DNA of 37,637 nt from Octopus bimaculoides (Eukaryota): assembly GCF_001194135.2 (NCBI RefSeq), contig NC_068995.1, forward strand, positions 1,907,022 to 1,944,658, given 5' to 3'. Positions within the stretch are counted from its first letter, which is position 1. Each line of letters opens with the position of its first letter. The notes below the pieces were generated by a model. It made no database searches and had not been told where the DNA came from. It saw nothing but the letters and a program-made list of their open reading frames with translations. Both the position numbers and the translations under genes were made by a program. Below, one piece after another: positions 34,569 through 37,637 of the stretch.

Positions 34569-34926
34569 TAATCAATTAAGGCAATTGTTGAGTGAGTGAG
34601 TGAGTGAGTGAGTGAGTGAGAATAACTGAGTGTAAAATATGTGAGTGGAAGTGAGAGAAATTGTGCGTAGGAGATATTGGGAAAGGAATGAATGAGTATA
34701 GTCAGACTCAATGAGTGAGTGAGAGAGTGAATGAGCGAGAGAAAGGGAACGAAAGAGAGGAATGAATGAGTAGGGGGAAAAGATATGTGAATAAGGGATA
34801 CTAAATGAATGAGAGAGCGAAGAGAGGGTGAGTAGAGAAGAGGGTTGTATGTAAAGTGAAAGGAGGAGGGAGAGAGAGAGAGAAAGAGGGGGAGAGAGAA
34901 GGAGAGACAGAGATAGATAAAGGGAA

Positions 34927-34966
<40 letters not shown>

Positions 34967-35109
34967 ATAATTAAATATGCTATTTGTGAGTGTATAAACT
35001 GATAAACAGCATCTGTGAGGGAAAATTAGCCATATACATGCTTGTGAGTGCAGATAATTACACACACACACACACACACACATACATGTGCGCACGCGTA
35101 TATACAGTA

Positions 35110-35154
<45 letters not shown>

Positions 35155-35399
35155 GTATATTTATATATATATGTGTGTGCCTGTATTTATATTCATAGAC
35201 ACACACACTTACAAATGTATCAGTCACATGTCACACTCCCTATATATATATATATATACCTACAATATACACACATACATTCATAATTGCTTCTCCCTCT
35301 GTTCCCCACCCCTGTCATAAGTAGATGGGGTTGATACAGGGGGTGGGGGAACCTGGTCGTTCACTTCTCGCTGTTGTAAATGTTGTTTTGAGAAACTTT

Positions 35400-36170
35400 C
35401 CTTGTCTTCACCGGTTGTGGTTGAGACAGGGTGTTCTTGCATCGCATGGTTTCCCTCTTAGCAATGATGACGGGGATATTTTATTTACTTCCTCCCGAGC
35501 TGTACCTCTACTTCCGAACCTTAGCATGAATAACCACCATGCTTTGCTGTATTAGGATTGGAGTACCTTTTGATGAATTTTGCTGCCACATGTGTAGCAG
35601 CTGGGTCCACCTTCCGTCGATGCAGACTTTTAAAGTCTTTCTCTCAGTATTCCTTTACAGAGTCACAGTCCTGGTATTGCTTCATTGTGATCTCAGCTGG
35701 CTGTATATCGCCAAAGCTACATCTATGCGACCACCTATCCGTATTGTGCCATGAAGGTGACTACAAGCCAGAAGTGGGGAGACATCAACACCGATGTCTT
35801 TAACGGTCACCATTGGAATCCTTCTTCTCAAATACTATAGAACCAGCTTATAGACAGTCGTGTCATGTTCAAATTAGATTTGCATTTTGGTCTCTCCCTC
35901 TGTTTTAAAGACGATACATGTGGTAGCGTATACCCTCTCTATGTTTTAAAGATGGCAAATGTGGTACCAAATGCCCTACCACAACTAATAAAAGAGATTT
36001 CACTTAATATATCGACCAAATCTATCTCCAGGTCATCTACGGATGGAAAGACGAAAGCTCTTATAGCTTTGGGAAATCACAGGTTAAGTTACCCCACCTA
36101 CCTTCTCCTGTATGCGACAATAATGGATTGTAATATACTGGGGCCTACCTTATGAGCAAAAATACAACCA
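35400..36170 (-). pseudogene. Degraded L1/Tx1-like ORF1 (gag-like, zinc-knuckle) remnant
   Basis: Across frameshifts it reads LRRRIPMVTVKDIGVDVSP...KVCIDGR/PSCYTCGSKIH (CX2CX4H at 35573-35599, final Cys not recovered). There are multiple stops. Confidence 0.45.
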
Positions 36171-36334
36171 GGCTTTCGTTCTTTCAGCAAAATGTCACTA
36201 TCAGGATATTTAAATATTTTTCTTCAAAAGAATGTTTGCCAAGAATAGCTCTTAGTTACTCATATTCACATTTGACGTAATACGTGCATTTACACTCCTC
36301 GTGTTGTTTACTATGCTGCATTTTTCTATTTGAT

Positions 36335-36705
36335 TATTTTTCTATCTTTTACTTTTTTCAGTCATTAGAGTGCGGCCATTTTGGGGCACCAATTTGAAGA
36401 ATCTTTTAGTCGAAAAAATAGACCCCCGGACTTATTTCTTTTAAAAGCCTGGTACTTATTTTATCGGTGGAACCACTAAGTTATGGGGATGCAAACAAAC
36501 CAACACTGGTTGTCAAGGGGTGTTGGAGGACAAACACAGACACAAAGACACGTATACATACGACGGGCTTCCTTCAGTTTCCGTCTATAAGGCTTTAGTC
36601 GACCCTAGGCTATAGTAGGAGACACTAGCTCATGGTGCCACGCTGGGGGACTGAACTCGGAACAACGTAGTGGGAAGCAAACTTTTTACCACGTAGCCAT
36701 GTTCA
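36335..36705 (-). mobile_element. Family B SINE, near full length
   Basis: Head at ~36700 (reverse of atggctacgtggtaaaaagtttgcttcccactacgttgttccgagttcagtccc) through the 3' gtgccccaaaatggccgcactctaatgactgaa. Confidence 0.8.
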
Positions 36706-36869
36706 TTAATTTTTTTTTTTTTTTTGCATTTTCTTTTGTTTCGTTTTGTATACTGCGAACTTACCGCAGGTCTCATCCAAGGAATGAAGCCAGTTTTAGA
36801 ATTTAAAAAAGGTGTACTTCTTCTCACATTACAAAAACCCCACCTTACTGCCTAAACCCAGTAATTTCA

Positions 36870-37035
36870 GGGGTGGGGTGTAAGTCGATTACACTGATCT
36901 CGTTGCTGTATTGCTGTATTATTTCATCGACTCCGAAAGGATGAAAGGCAAAGTCCACCTCGGCGAAATTTAAACGCAGAACGCAAAAACGGACGATATG
37001 CTGCTGAGCATTTTGTCCGGTACACTAATGTTTCT
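36870..37035 (-). mobile_element. Family A SINE, diverged
   Basis: Same core as the adjacent 37040-37242 copy. Confidence 0.75.
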
Positions 37036-37039
37036 CATT

Positions 37040-37242
37040 TCTTTATTGCCCACAAGGGGCTAAACACAGATTAACGGATTAAGTCGATTATATCGACCCC
37101 AGTGCGTAACTGGTACTTATTTAATCGACCCCGAAAGGATGAAAGGCAAAGGCGACCTCGGCGGAATTTGAACTCAGAACGTAGCAGTAGACGAAATACC
37201 GCTAAGCATTTCGCCTGGCGCGCTAACGTTTCTGCCAGCTCC
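37040..37242 (-). mobile_element. Family A tRNA-derived SINE, best-preserved copy
   Basis: The minus strand reads ggagctggcagaaacgttagcgcgccaggcgaaatgcttagcgg...ctacgttctgagttcaaattccgccgaggtcgcc..., with A/B-box-like segments. Confidence 0.85.
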
Positions 37243-37637
37243 AATAACAATGTCTATACGCACGTTGAGGAGAAGTGTGTGTATGTGTGTGTGTGTGTGT
37301 GTGTGTGTCCAATGCACATATGACACCAACCAGTTGTATCAAATAAAACATTTTATTGAACATTACAGCACTGTATGTGGTGTGCATGTTATGTGCATTT
37401 GTGTGTGTGTGTGAGTGTGTGTGTGCAAGTGCGTATATGCGTATACACATTTGCGTGGGTGGGTTTAAATATAGACCGCGGAGATATTGGCTAAATGTTG
37501 GTACAAGTAAACAAATGCTTAAATATGTGTGCGTGCGCGTTTTGTGTGTATGCGTGTGTGCACGCAGTAATAAATGGTGTGTGTATGTATATATATATAT
37601 ATAGATAGATAGATAGATAGATATACATATATATATA

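Noticed and set aside
34526-35320. 233-aa and neighbouring ORFs
   Set aside because: They are composed of (TA)n, (CA)n, (GA)n and (GAGT)n translations.

Overview
Eukaryotic, AT-rich, repeat-saturated animal genomic DNA with six assembly gaps. The microsatellite density and SINE families look like an Octopus genome; this is from recall and not verified. The only host gene I can support is the 5' end of a CHD1L/ALC1-type SNF2 chromatin remodeller on the minus strand: coding exon 1 at 4955-5054 and exon 2 at 673-785, joined in frame, with the gene continuing off the left edge. The rest is intronic or intergenic. It holds about 25 SINE-like copies of four families, two copies of an 8-bp-TSD palindromic MITE with internal telomeric repeats, two different Tc1/mariner transposase fossils, RTE-, CR1/L2- and L1/Tx1-like LINE fragments, a 360-bp foldback element, two degenerate tandem arrays and many SSRs. 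The most interesting unexplained structures are a minimal hammerhead-ribozyme-like motif with a non-canonical core (29574-29609, with a decayed second copy), a pre-miRNA-like hairpin (16914-16981) and the telomere-repeat-bearing MITE family. Most ORFs in the supplied track are artefacts of SSRs or N-gaps. No database searches or folding programs were run; repeat boundaries are approximate unless TSD or TIR coordinates are given.
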